NCBI GenBank assembly: GCA_024704765.1
Contig: JAKMXF010000244.1
Span: forward strand, 549,905 to 613,904
Reading direction: 5' to 3'
Length of the DNA stretch: 64,000 nucleotides
Source: Oopsacas minuta
Lineage: Eukaryota; Animalia; Porifera
The notes below the pieces were generated by a model. It searched no databases. It was given only the letters and a program-made list of their open reading frames with translations, and had not been told where the DNA came from. A program made the position numbers and the translations under genes. Below are positions 23,110-37,179 of the stretch, in pieces (position 1 is the stretch's first letter; each line of letters opens with the position of its first letter).

Positions 23110-23560
23110 AGCCTGCTTCAGTATATAAAATGCAGCCTGAAGGCAATTGTCTATACCGGCATTATCTCATTTTATCTTTGTTCCTGAAAACAATATTGAG
23201 ATACTAAAGTACAATTTGATAAATACATTTATCAACTCTCCTCAATATCACTTCAACGTTATGAGGCGATCTGGCGCTTTTAATGGACAAAAATTACATG
23301 AACATATAGATACCGTCTCTGTACCAAATGAGTGGGGCACAAAGGTTGAATTCAACATGTATGTGTTATCGCTGGAGTTGATATATTTGTAACTAATTGT
23401 AGAGCTGCTGATTGTGTAAATTGGAATTTTTTACCCAATTTTGTAAATCACCTATTAGACACTCCTATGGAAGGTGATTCTATTTTGGAAAGACAAAATT
23501 GTGATAAGTATATCACAATCTTAGCGGAAAATCAGGGAATGAACATTTCGATACTGTATA
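23110..23560 (+). pseudogene. OTU-like cysteine protease domain remnant (probably Helitron cargo)
   Basis: MQPEGNCLYR/ALSHFI (catalytic Cys motif), NEWGTKVE and a terminal NEHFDTV (His motif), joined across 1-nt frameshifts. Confidence 0.7.
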
Positions 23561-24975
23561 ATTTTAACATTTTATATCAAAGATTACATTTTTAATGTTT
23601 TAGTATTTTTACCAGGCACCACAAATACAATACTACGATACAATTTGCACTCACAAAACAACATCCGAAATAACTGTGCAAACAACAAAATATACAATAA
23701 CAGAGCACATACACTCACACACCAGCTTTAGAATCAGATATTCTCGCGATATGGCCTGCGCTGCTTATAAAGAGTTCTGAATACGAACTAATATATGTTC
23801 TGAATATGAACATTGACCACTCGCATTTCGGCGGTGAATGTTTTCATTCTGTCACGCCCCGCGAGCTGCTCTGTTTCTCTTCATAATAAACCATAATAAT
23901 ATGTTAGATCGAAATTCTTTTGCGCTTGACAAATGTTACGTTTACAAATTTCGAAATTACACAAACATCACTTCACATCACAAATTCCTGTGTCGTTAGG
24001 GAACAGAGTCCTGCAATCCAAATTCAACCTCATATATGCTGACTTAGTTTATTCACCACGCCTTCATCCTCTCATTATGCTCCAATGGCACAATATTTCC
24101 TCCGAGACAGAAGAAGTAACAGGAACGAATAACATTCCAAGATGAATATAGACCAGCGCAGAAGGGCCGTAATAGCCCCAAAAGTATTGAACTAACGAGA
24201 CACATATGTCTTTTTTTGGAAGTATTTTCAGGAACGTGGCTGATAGCCACAGTCAAGGCAAAGCCAAAAAAAGAGTCAATATCTACATGATAATAATTAG
24301 AACCAAAATAACAAATTGAACGGAGAGACAATTTAGAACAACCGTTAGAACAGTTACGTTACAGGTAGAAAAATTTGTGATATTCTTACTTATAACATAT
24401 ATGTGTTTATATTTGGAATGTACTTTCTCTCAACTTGACTACCTAAAGGGAGTAGGGATGCAAAATCTGATATAGATCAGCCAACATTGGGGCATTTTTG
24501 TAGGGGATTTTAGATTAATTAGGGCGCGAATGGTTCATCAAAACAATATTAAACCACATTGAATATTTACTGAACTATTTAATTGATGAGTTAATTAACT
24601 TTCAACGATATATACGATGTCTACATGGAACTAACTAATTGCGCTCCATTTTAGATCAAATTGATAAGTATATATTTTCCCGCTAATTCAATACTTCGAT
24701 CGTCACCGATATAAATACTTTGTAACTATTTACAAATGGATAATCTGAATAATAACAATGGTTCTGGGAGAAGGGGAAGAGGTGGCTGCAGGCGTGGTGG
24801 GCATGCATTTCTACATGAAATGCTTAAAACTGATGAAAACAATATAATAGTAAGTACACATTTTAATTACAATCTATAGAAATCAACCATTCACCCTTTA
24901 TTTCAATTTAGAGCGAAAATGGGAGCCGTCAGAAGGCTGAGAGGTGGCGGCAACAGCTCCAACGGCGCCAATACT

Positions 24976-25003
24976 AACAACAACAACAACAACAACAACA
25001 ACA
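24976..25003 (+). repeat. (AAC)9 microsatellite
   Basis: Read directly from the sequence. Confidence 0.95.
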
Positions 25004-25189
25004 AAACTACAAATATATGCATATTGCATATATATTATTGAAACTAATTCAATTTGGAGAATAATGGATACCTCGAGACGCAATGCGTCGAGTTCATCGC
25101 GAAGCAACGAGCCAAAGGCTTGTATTTTAGTATGTTGTCATTAGTCCGACTATAAAATTGACATAATACAGAGATGCAGAGGTCCAGAC

Positions 25190-25540
25190 AGAAACGACAG
25201 GCTCGCCTTTTCTCGAGCACGAATAGGCACAAGATTTTGATCGTGCGGTCCGACCGTCCAGATAAAAACAATGATGGGCCGGGCCGGTCTATGAAAATCC
25301 TGGACCGCTGCAACACTGATAATTGTATATACTTCAGCCTGAAAAGGTTACTAATGGCTACCTATCTAGTACATATATTAAATTATTAATAAATTTAATA
25401 TATTCTATAGGTAGCCAACGATTTAATACTGAGCCAATTTCCAAATGTCGGCTTTTTCGGGCATGTCTAGAGGCTAATGTGCTATCGGTCTGGACCGGTC
25501 CAAGATCTTGATCGTGCGGTCCGGACAGCTGCAACACCTA
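25190..25540. repeat. Duplicated MITE-like end (GATCGTGCGGTCCG ... GCTGCAACAC twice)
   Basis: TTGATCGTGCGGTCCG at ~25237 and ~25509; GCTGCAACAC at ~25307 and ~25529. Confidence 0.45.
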
Positions 25541-27187
25541 GACATATTGTTCCATTGCAATTTGGAATATCAAATTTGCAACTTCATTCCTCACATCTAA
25601 TATACATACTTAAATAAATATTTAATAAAACCACTATTTTCATTTTTGACTAAGGACTTTCAGGTACAAATTGGTCCAGCCTAGATTACTTTTAGAAGTA
25701 GAGTTAATTCATCAAAAAAATTTAGGAAGATCTACTAAACAAGTAAAGAGATACTGATAAGGTAACGGCAGGTTCATTATGTATTTCGATAACAAAGCCA
25801 TATCCTATTCAAAATACACCTGTCAGCAACCAAGGGGCCCAAAAGTCCGCCAACTAGGGCGAACCTCGCTTGTAACGAACCTAAGTAAGATTTCAAATCT
25901 TCTAGTCAAACAGTGAAGAAAATGACAGAGTTTTGCAGATAATGGTTCCCTACGAAACTGCTCCTGCCTCAATTTCCTCAAATTTCAAATTCCATGCAAA
26001 ATTTCTTCCCTCTATTTCTACATTCAACCTTTGTGTTATATTTAGTGATTGCTGCTATACAAGGCCGGCGACAGAGGGGTAGCTTGGGGTAAAGCCGAGG
26101 GGCCCCGGGTCGGCATATGATAGTTTCTTTAGGGTTTAAGATGTTCATTGTGTCTTGTGTACATGTAAGCTTGTATCACAATATAAATTCCTTTGTTTCA
26201 CTAGTAGAATAATTGCTTTTATCATTATCACACTTATGCAAACAAAGGATTCTGTCATTAATAGTTGTCATTAATTTATTCCATTGTTTGAAACCTTATT
26301 ATTCATCTATTTCCCTTCAACATTATAAAATATGGAATTATCGAAATTGCTCTATTTCAATTATTAAATATTTCAATTTAAAGTCTATGTCCTACGTTCA
26401 TAAATCAGGTGCGCAAAAACGTCAAGACAAGAGGGTAAGAGATGGAGAGTCGATGAAAGGTCTGCAAACATTATTTCAAATTGGAATTCTCCAACCAGCT
26501 TTAAATTCAGTAATTGTAGAAAGAATATTGAGTGAGATTATTGTTTATGTCATGGATATTGTTGAGAATAAAGAAGTTTCTGAATACAATTCAGAAGTTA
26601 TTGCTACTAGTATTTGTGAATTTGAGACTCAAGTAAGGATATACGACATTGGAGCTCTAGGATAAGTTTATAGTTGCAATATATTTTTGTCTAAGGCCAC
26701 AGGTATTACAAAAATTGAATTTTTGTCAGAGCTAGGGTGATGGAGGGGCAGTGGCGTTGCCAGGAATAGTTGGAAGGGGGGCAATTATATTATTTATTAC
26801 ACTAAACATAACAAATAGCCTACTTACCAATATATTATATTACGCGTATCAATTTATTTTTAACGAATAGACTATGAATGATGTCTATCGAAATCTAATC
26901 AACACAGCACATACTAAGATAATTGTAATCTCCTATCTGCCATGGATACAAACTTAGAAATGAGGTCTTCATTATCTAGAGAAAGCAGAATCTCTTTCTC
27001 TATTGAGGAAAACATCAATGATTCTAGAAGATCTTCGCACATTGTAGACCGTGACTTAGTTTTAATCAAAGACAATTTAGAAAAATTCTTTCTGCATGGG
27101 CTGTAGTCACTGAGAGTGTGTATAATATACGATACATGTGGCGGAGTTCTGTGTATGAATGAGGTAATTCGTTATAAACATCAAGTA

Positions 27188-28520
27188 CCAGGGCGTTCAA
27201 TATGTCTTGCGGGTGATATCGTAGAATATGATACAAACACTAGACACACCAATTCACTATATTACTTATTCAAAGTAATCCCCTCCTGCAGATACATAAA
27301 GTTTTAACCTTTCCACCCACTTGTAAAACACATCTCTGTACTCTTCTTCGGGGATGGATTTGAAGTACTGGTACAGGACCGTTCCGAGTGCTTGTAATGT
27401 GTTCAAATCTATGCCTTGAAGGTAGATTTTAAGCTTGGGGAATAGCCAAAAATCACACGGAGCTAGGCCTGGTGGGTGTGGTGGATGGCGAAGTAATCTA
27501 ACCATTCTACATCCAAGAAATCTTTGGTAAGCTTAGCTGTATGGGAACTGGTGTTATCAATTAAAATCTTCATTCTTCGAGTTCCGGTTTTCGGGCGATA
27601 CTTTTCTATATTTTTTATCAAATTTGGAAGCACTTGCTCTGGAAAGCAAGTATCAGTAACAGCCTTGCCACTCTCACAAAGTAATTGCAAGACAATTCCA
27701 TGACTACTGAAGAAGATGGTATACACAATCTTAGGTTTCTGTAGTCGCTCCTAGGAATTTTCGCCTGTTGTTCGTCGCCCCTCACCGATGATCGCTTCTT
27801 ATACTTGCTATATGGTGTTGAATAGTACACCCACATCTCGTCACCAGTAATAATCTCTGTTAGGCGTCTAGAATCGCAGTTCTCATAAGTTTCCAAGAGT
27901 TCTTGGCAATATCAGTCGTACCAACCTTTGATTCTCACTGAACTTATGCGGGACCCATTTCCCACAAATCGATCGGTAGCCAAACTCAGTGGTCAGAGTT
28001 GTATGAATAGCTCCCGATGATATCTCCTTACTTTGTTCTAACTGATTGACAATAATGCACTTGTCTTCCATAACCATGCTCTCAATGAGTGCGATAATCT
28101 CTGAAGTGGTGGCGGATACCGGTCTTCCAGATCGAGGCAAATCTGTGACATCAGCATCACCAGATCTAAAACGGGCAGCCCATCGCGTTCTACAGTAGAT
28201 CTGGAAGGGCAATCCACGCACAATATCTCCTGTCACTCACTGAAGATCTGTACGGGCTGGATCTTGAGTATTGTGCGAAACTCTATGTAAGCTCGCCATT
28301 TGAGGTTGAAATTATCATCCTTTGAAGCCATAAATTCAACAGTGGGTATAAATTGACTACACGTAACTATTTCAAAGATTCATAATTTGTATTGAATAAG
28401 CTTGAAACTTTCAGTATATGGAGTTTAACTATATGGGCTTATAATATATGAAAGTTTGATATATTACTTGACTAATTCCTAAGATATATAATGACCCGCA
28501 AGACTTATTGAACGCGCTGA
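27188..28520 (-). mobile_element. mariner family 1, copy 1 (defective)
   Basis: TA-flanked TIRs ~CAGGGCGTTCAATAAGTCTTGCGGG; WVPHK, ITGDEMW, IDNTSSH and HPPHPPGLAPCDFWLFPKLK. Confidence 0.92.
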
Positions 28521-30411
28521 TAAATGAGTGTCTTGTTTTATAAAATGCCTTGCGAGCTTCCATTCAGCTATAAAACGGTCTGGAGATATTTTTTGTATTG
28601 ATGAACAAGTTTTAGAAGATTTCCCTCTGCGTCAATGGCTTCAAAATTCCTTGGATCTAATAGTGCAAAATTAATTAATTGATTTGGAAAGCGAGAATTG
28701 ATCTCAGAAATCATACTATCGACCAATACTTCGTAAAAGTTTGCTCTCTAATTATCTTTTGGTGATAATATTATTCCTGTAGAAGGATTATTATCAACTC
28801 TGCAAGAAACTCTTCTTGAACGTTGAGTGCTAAATTCAGCATTGAGGCCTAACTTTATCGCGAAATTCTCTGCTTTACTAAACACATCCAACCAGACGTT
28901 TTCAGTCCGTAATCTCTGTAGTTCAATTCATAAAACATGGATCTGTTTGTTTGTCGTTAATAGGTCTATTTGACAACTCTGCAATGTTTCACTTATTATA
29001 TTGATAGCTAAAAGGATAGGAGTAACTGTTACAAGAGAAATTACAAAGTTGAAAGTAGATATACCCGCTAAAAGGCCAGTAGCTGTACCTCTAGAATTAC
29101 CATCTGTAGTAGTAGCACAAACATGTTCAATTGTATCCAAAACTGATTTGAATACAACTTCATTTAGTAATCGTTGATAAAAAGACGCCCTGCAATTCCA
29201 CCTTGTGTCGGATAGACGAATTAAGTGTAAAGGACGTTGATCAGATTGTATCTCTCTCTCTGTCTCTCAATAAATAACCATGTCGCTGCACTACCTTCAA
29301 TAAATGTATATGCTAATTCCACTATTTCCACGAATTTACTTGCTTCAATGTTTCTATGATTACAACAGAATACACTAACACTCGATTCAGACAATGGGAA
29401 TAACAATAAGTGAATAGTGCTAGTGGATTTAACTCGCGAACTCTTGCTTATACACCTTTGCGAATCCCGGACATGTTGCTTCTTTCGTCATAACCTTGGC
29501 CAACTATGTCCTCAACTTGTAATCCAAGACTATTTAGTTTTTTAATTAGAATATTTGTAATTTCTTCTCCAGTAGTAATAGGATTTTCTAATAAAGCAAC
29601 AAAACTCTCTGATATTTTGCCATTAAAAGGGTTCACATATCTGACAATGACGGTAAGCTGTTCTTTATGAGATACATCAGTTGTTTCATCCATCAACACT
29701 GCAAAAATACCTGCCTCTTTAATGTAACCAACAATTTTACTTCGGATATCATTCCCAATAATCGAAATCATTTCATTCTGAATTTGTGGACTAAGGTACA
29801 TTTGATTCTTACTTGAGTTTGTTAAGTGCTCATTCAAGACATCATCCCCATTATTTGCCAAAAATGTGCAAATTCAATATATACACCTCTATTATTTGAG
29901 ATAATACTTTCATCGTGACCACGAAAAGGTAACGAAAGCTTCCCTAAAAAGCTTCACAATACTGAATAACTTTCCGATCATTTTTCTGTTTCGAAATATA
30001 GCGTGTGATCGATTTGTTTGTTGTTGAGCAACTTCATTTGATATTAGTGTATCAATCGGCTTAGAGCACATGAAAGTTAAATACGATCTTTCAGAATCAG
30101 AGTGAGTTTACTTTGTTCATGTGAATGAAATCCACGATCTTTTTCCAAAGCTTTTTTCCAATTGTCGAAACCGGTTTCTGAAAATGCCTTGTCTGCATGC
30201 CCACCAAATAGTGAAGCAGACGAATTAATGAACAATCTGCAAAAGAAACAAAATGCTCTTTGCTTGCGTAAGCTATATTCTAACCATTAGAATCTAGATT
30301 ACCATTCAATTCGGAAACATCTTTCATATTTTGAATGTCCTGAAAGAGGTTGTAAAGACCATGACTTACATAATGCTTAAATATTATGTAATCTTTAGGG
30401 GGATCTTCACA

Positions 30412-33400
30412 CAGGCACGTAGCTAGAGCAAGACATTCAGGGGGGCAAGAAGTATTTCGGGAGGGCAATTGCAGGGATAAATATTTTTGAAAAGTTATTT
30501 ACTTGTGTATAACAAGTACGACCCAGTCTCCTTTTCTTACATGTATAACCTTTTTAATTCATAAAGTACCAGATTACTAAGCTAGGGAGCATTAGATTAG
30601 TCTACATTATAGTAAGAGCATTTATTAAGATACTAAACTCAATTCAGGGATACTATTTGACATTACAAAAGAAAGCGGCGGTGCTTCATCTGCTTAAAAT
30701 GTTCGATCACATCATTATAACAAAGTGTTTCTGCAATATCTTTTTCAATAGATAACAGGGCAAGATGGTTGAGACGCTCAGTGGTCATTTGTGAGCGCAA
30801 ACGTGTTTTTATTCTCTTAACAGATGAGAACATTCTCTCAACCTTGCAAGACGTCTGAGGGATAGTCACAAGAATTTGGTATAAGTTGAAAACATCAGGG
30901 AAAATATCTTTGTCAATCACATCCAGTACATCGATCAAAGTATTTAGCTGAGATTCATCTTTCCGAGCAATAAACGAACGGAAAACTTCTATTTCACAAT
31001 CTTTGATATCTATTGCATACAGTTCAGATAGTGTATTCAATTCCTGTTTGTTAAGAAAGTTTTGAGACCTTGGTAAGCAGCAATCAGCAGCCTTCATGAT
31101 GCCTGATTGATCTGTACCAAAACGGGCATCTAATTCTGCTAAGATCTCGCGGACATTTTGGCGTAACAATATTTCAAGCTCTTCAAAGTTGGATGCGTTT
31201 GTGTGTCCAACAGAGCTATTTAGATATCCTTCTCTAAACCTTTCTGGAAGACGCCGTTGCCTGATTGTGTCTCTTACATCAAAATTTTCGATTTCATATT
31301 TACCAGACAAATCTTTGGCATATTCGACAACCTTGTCAAAATCGAAATTGACCAACCTTTCCCTCAGATCGGCAAGTAATATCAAACAAGAAGAAACAGT
31401 TGCTGTCGACTTCTGAAAAGCTTTAGTGCAAAAATCAGAGTAATCATACAGCCTACCAAAGTAAACTAAGATGGTCATAAATTTCTTTGTTTGTAGACTA
31501 CCTAGTAAAGATTTAGCTGCTAAACTTGTGTCTGCATCATTATCATTTCCAAATATGCTTAAAGTATCAAGTATGCAATCAAACCGACGCAGAAACCTTT
31601 CCACCTCCAAAGAACGGGAAGACCAACGAGTACTATATGAATGTGCAAGTTCAAGAGCTTGGACGTTGGGATAGCGCTCATCCTGGACGTCTATTAAAAC
31701 TGCATGTCGCTTAGTTCCATTCATGAACGAATACGTCAAATCCAATATATCAAAGAAAGATTTCATCAGAGGATGTCCTTCAGCAGTTGCAGCTAATACT
31801 AAGTTAAGCCTATGTGAAGCACAATGAACATATGTGGCATTGCGATAACCTGCTCCTTTCATGCGGGCTTGGACACCACCGTGTATTCCTGACATAACAC
31901 TAGCCCCGTCGTAACCCTGCCCTACACATTTCAGAGGATCGAGCTCAAAAGGCTTAAGTAGCTCTATCAGTTTTTGAGATGGTGCCCGCATCCATGTCCT
32001 TCAATTCAATAAAGCCAATAGCTCTTTCTCGGACATTACCTTTATGGATATATCGCAAAGAAGCACCTAACAACTCCTTCATAGATGCATCTTTTACTTC
32101 GTCGGCTAGAATAACATAACAAGACGCGATTTCTACTTCACTTTTAACATAGTCTAGAAGCATTGAAGCGAGTGATGTAAGCAAATCATTTTGAATATCT
32201 GGACTTAGCATTTTTGCATTTCCTGGAAGACTTTCTATCCTCTTGGTCACATTGCTATCATATTTTCCTAAAAGTTCTAATATTTCAAGAAAGTTCCCTT
32301 TATTAAGCGACTAATCTGATTCATCATCTCCTCGAAGAGGAATATCTTGTTTGGCACAAAAAGTAATAATGTCAAGAACAGTCATTAAATGTTTCCGATT
32401 GTCATCTATGAATTTCTCATTTCGAAAATTGGGATCCAGTTGCTTATCTACCGTCCATATTATTTGATGAATTGCCCAGACTTTCTGTGTTTTAACAGCT
32501 GCCATATGACACACAGAACTATCGTGCTTTCTGCACTTGTCGCCAAGTTTCCTCCAGTCACAAAGTCCTTTTGTTGAAAACGTTGCTTCAGCTGTTGATC
32601 CTCCAAAAAGCCGACACGGTTGGCAAAATATAGCATCGAGTTCTTTGCTATACTCTATCCAGGAGAATTGGGCATACCAATGAGTACTAAAATGTCTACC
32701 GGCCTCATTTTTTGGGAAGATAATAGAAGGCTGCCTCGGTTTCTCACCCTTTTTGGACAAATCATTTACAGTCACAATTGGTGATTGTATATGAGTCGTA
32801 TTTAAATTCGGAGTTGAAATAGTTGTACAAGAATCGGAAGTTAAAGGGGTCGAAACTTGAAGACTCGTAACAACAGGCTCTACCTCCTCATAATTTGAAG
32901 AGACGACATGATCTTTGATTTCTATTCGATTTCTTTTAAAATATGCCTAAACTTTGCTTTGTTGTAGTCTTTTAGTCATCTAGAATTGTTAGAGATACGA
33001 GTCACTGAACTGATTGAAGAACAGAAAATGTGAAAGATATGATGATATAGAATGACTTTATAACTTATAGAGAATATCAGAAATTGGCTTCACTCATGTG
33101 TAAATTTCAAAACAAGTTTTGAAAACTGGAACCCTAAGAGCATCACCAATGCTTCAATTACTTCAATGGATAGTCTAACTTCTGACAACAATTACTAGCG
33201 GTCGTGGTAATTCAATTAAAATTATAGTAGAAATTCAGTGCCTGTCAAAATAGAACAAGTTTACTATCAATGAGCGTTACTTCCTGTCTAGTATTAAAAC
33301 CATCATCGCAACGCGAGTTATTAATTTCATAGTTTTGACGATGCAGTTGAAGTACATAGGCTATTAACTATAGTGGAGATCGCTTATTAGCAACTCGGAT

Positions 33401-33608
33401 TTTGGAGAGATTTGGTTGCTAATAGGGCAACGAAATTAACATTATAATCCCGTTTGGAACCCGAAAGCTAGTTTGCTAATAGAGCAATATTGCAAATTAG
33501 CTAATTATACTGCATACAAAATCGAAAACTTCCAAATTTATCTGGGGGGGCGAGAAAAACTTTTGGGGGGAGACCGCCCCCCCTTGCCCCCCCGTAGCTA
33601 CGTGTCTG
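30412..33608 (-). mobile_element. ZMYM1/THAP12-type hAT, complete, 8-bp TSD TCTTCACA; transposase 32979->30663 with few lesions
   Basis: TIRs CAG(G/A)CACGTAGCTA; perfect TSD. Motifs FCQPCRLF, PLRGDDES, ILADEVKDAS, GQGYDGAS, YVHCASHRLNL, STRWSSR and TSCKVERMFSSVKRIKT. Confidence 0.93.
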
Positions 33609-34014
33609 TCTTCACATGGATCTCTAGACTCAAATTCGATGCAGTTACATCTTCTTAATCTCTCCATTTGATAAACAAATATATTTAATCGGTACAATTG
33701 CAGAATCTTACACCCCTAACTTTTTTAATGTAGTAAACAATCCCTATATGCACCGTTCAAGAACTCGTTGAGAGAAGTTGATAGAGCTAAAGAACTCCAA
33801 AATCGGATTAAAATTGATAGTGTTATGAAAAATTTACTCCCTAAGCCAAATCCTATGGGGAAAATTGTATTACTCACTATTGTCAAATTGTGTTGATTTA
33901 TACATTACAATTACCATAGGAATGCTCATACTGTTGATATTGCGGTTATACACGCTTGTTACTCTACTCTTTCATGCTCATTTGTTTGCTATTCAGTGTA
34001 TTTCACTACAGGTA

Positions 34015-37000
34015 CACAGTGGTTTGAATGCAAAGAATAGACAAAAATAGATTTCATTTTTAATGGTTTAAACTCGTTCTTGTTTGTTTGGATAATGTTA
34101 ATTTCAAATTTCAATTCGATCGAATACATATAGCTCTCACAATATGAATTTAAAGAATCAATCAAAAATAGTTCTATTTGCGGTTTCAGTGATGCTAATA
34201 TTAGCACCAATTTAAGTTTACTTGAGAACGTCACAGAATTCTTCGAATCTAATTTATTTTATTTCCTCAACACAATTCAGTTATGCTAAATCTGATTTCC
34301 CATTTTCGTCAGTGTATCTTTACTAATTTGGATTCAAAGTTGATTTGATTAATGGTACTTTAGAGGTACAATATTTTTAAAAAAAGAACTTCCAAATGAC
34401 TGCAAAAAAACACACCACAAAACATCACTTAGAAATTAATTCCAAAATGGCATTATAATATCTAGAAAGACATATTAAAATGATACGCCCGAAACAGTGC
34501 GCAACATGAAAAATTTCAGCGAATTCCATTGTCACCTTTTTGTTGCTATGCAAGTTATATGCTAAATTTATCTACTCGATTGCAGCATTCCAATTACCAA
34601 TAAATATAATATATAAATACATGATTAATATGACATTAACAAATTGAATTTGCTGATTATCAACCGTTTACTACGTTTTCAATGACTCAAGAACTAACTT
34701 TCCCTAACTCTCATCTTGAATTTGCGAAGATATTGAAAGACAACAACAATTGTATCTCGACGACACTCAGTTTATTTGAGCAGAACTTTCAAATGGACTT
34801 CGAAGAAAGGAAACAATTGGAAGCAACGCTCCTCCGAGTAAGAACCAGGATCAGGAAGGCAAAGAAATCGCTAGATTGCTTAGAGGGAGACTGGTGGCAT
34901 TGTGGTATATCCATGGAACTAGAGTTGAAGAGGAACCGTTTTTATGATACCGTTGAGCTGTCCTCAGATGATGAAGAAGTCATATCCACACTCTGCAAAC
35001 CATAGGAAGAGTATTGACAATCTCACGATGCAACAACAACGCTCACGACTCTCAAATGTCTTGGAATCTATCAAAGCACTCTCAATCGTTGAGAATATTT
35101 CAGAAATCAAGATAGCTGCACTTGCCTTGCAACTACTATCGAACCAAACAAAACAGCGAGAAATAGCTAAAGTTTCAAAATCTGTAGTCTATAACAAGTT
35201 TTCTGGTCAATTCGGTAAACTATTGAAGAAAGAGCTCGATGTTACCAAGACAGTGTTCCTTGTAGATCTCCTAGAAATTGGCAGGAGGAATACACACAAC
35301 TCCGACATCACTTGCTATCTAGCGATATTCGTTTCCCGGAATACTATAGAGTAGTAGAAGAAAGAAACAGCATAATTTTACGTTCGGATATTCAGATGTA
35401 CCCCAATCCTGAAACTCCACTTGGTGTATATATGCCATATGCCCATCACGTCCGCCATACTTTTTGCAGGCTTATGTCTACGCTACCGCTACCTCCAGCT
35501 CAAGATTTTCCCCTGCAATTCCAGATAGCAGACGGATTAGATGGCTCTGGAAGTCACACTGTATATAATCAATCAAACACGAATACAGATACTAAGTCGT
35601 TTATCTTATTCTGTTTCAGAGCTGTAAAGATAATAAGCAATAGCGGTCGCGAACTCTGGAAAAATAACACTCCCAATTCTCCTTTTGCTCAACGTCCGAT
35701 TTTCCTCCTCGCTGCGAAAGAAAACGAAGCTAATATCAAGCGATTTATGGACGATCTAATCAATACTGATACTGATCTTATGAGAAGTGAAGGATTTACT
35801 CTTGGCCCTGATCAGTAAGTACGAGTCGACATTGTTCGATCAATGCTTGATGGGAAAATGGCAGGAATTCTATCTGGGGCAGGTGGGGCAAGTTGTCAAT
35901 TATGCACAGCAACACATAAGGAACTCAGTGATCGTGAGTTGATAATACAGGGATTTCTGTCAACAGGCACATTACTGATGCAATTCAACTTTTCGGTGAA
36001 TTAGAAGACAGCCATTCGTTCTTCTCACTTCCTTCAAACCAACGTTGTAACATAACGCACGAACCAACCTCAACAATAAACATCCTTCCAGCATCTCCGT
36101 TACACTCGTACACTGGCATTTTCAGGTGGTTCAATCTACTAATTTATCATTTGAATTGTGGAAAACGTACATGGTCACCGACATCTTTGGCGATAAAAAT
36201 TTCAATGATATTTGTCAGAAATCTGATTGAAGAGAAGACAGGAATGAGGATAGATCAGCCGAATGCAAGTGGAGGTACTAGCTCTACTGGTAGTGTAGCT
36301 CGTCGAGCATTTTCCTGTGATTCGAAATACATTGAGTGTGTATTGTCAGTTGTTGAAACAGAACACAAAGAAACACTTTCAAAACTACATACACACTTGT
36401 CAGCTATTCTTCGAATAATCAATTCAGACAGGATCATTAACACCGAGGTCTTTGGTGATCTATGACCGATACATATCTCTTGATCTTTGATTCATTACCT
36501 TGAGTGAGCATTACCCCAACATTACACAGGGTATTAGCTCATTCAGAAGAAATTTTGAAAGAGTTCAACCTTGGGCGAGGTCTGAAAAGTTTCTCTGAAG
36601 AGGGATCCGAGGCATGCAACAAGTTACTAAGAAAGTATAGGGAGAATCTTGCGAGGAAGTCTTCATTTGAAGATAATGCAATGGACATTTTCGTGAGACT
36701 GGCCTCTGAAAGTGACCGTGTATTGAATCAATTTCGTTCAAGTTTAGTTTGTGAAAGGTGTGGGGAACACGGCCACACAAAAAGAGCAAAGTGTTGTAGG
36801 GATAATACCGAAAATAGATTACTAGAATCTTCCATAGACGAAATTGTTGATTCACTTATAATTAATTCATAGATTCATTAAAATTTTAAATCTATACACT
36901 CTTATCCAAATACTATACAGGGTAATAGTATATATACAGAGTAGGAGATTTTTCTTATGAAGTGGAAATTTCTATGAGTTTTATTAAATAATTTTTAAAA

Positions 37001-37179
37001 TGTGACGTCATCATAATATGTGATGACTTCATATCCAGAAATCTAGAAGCCATAGAAGAAATTTGATTACCCCATTCGATTCCTCGGATACGATAACCTA
37101 TTCGCAAATAATACATTGCATATGGCTATCTGGTACTAGAATACCTATTCTTTACTAACTCCCATTTTAAACCACTGTG
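34015..37179 (+). mobile_element. Transib/RAG1-like transposon B, complete ends, 5-bp TSD AGGTA
   Basis: Termini CACAGTGGTTT. AGGTA lies at 34010-34014 and 37180-37184. The opposite Merlin TIR (~41435-41445) shows the empty site with a single AGGTA. Confidence 0.93.
34682..36872 (+). pseudogene. RAG1-core-like (Transib) transposase, multiple stops and frameshifts
   Basis: GLDGSG, SMLDGKM, CQLC, ITPTLHRVLAH, SEEGSEACNKLLRKYRENLARK and CERCGEHGHTKRAKCC; collinear with the transposase of element A. Confidence 0.9.

Noticed and set aside
24898-25144. Poly-Val/poly-Thr ORFs in the track
   Set aside because: Artefacts of the (AAC)n microsatellite.
26213-26665. 150-aa ORF as an independent gene
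   Set aside because: It lies inside the outer non-autonomous hAT; only the MSYVHKSGAQKR part resembles a truncated transposase N-terminus.
17179-37179. A ProtoRAG-like RAG1L-RAG2L pair or a 12/23-rule RSS system formed by the two Transib elements
   Set aside because: Neither element has a kelch/RAG2-like ORF or room for one. Only one of four ends has a nonamer-like motif (19-bp spacer). The two elements have separate TSDs and are independent insertions.
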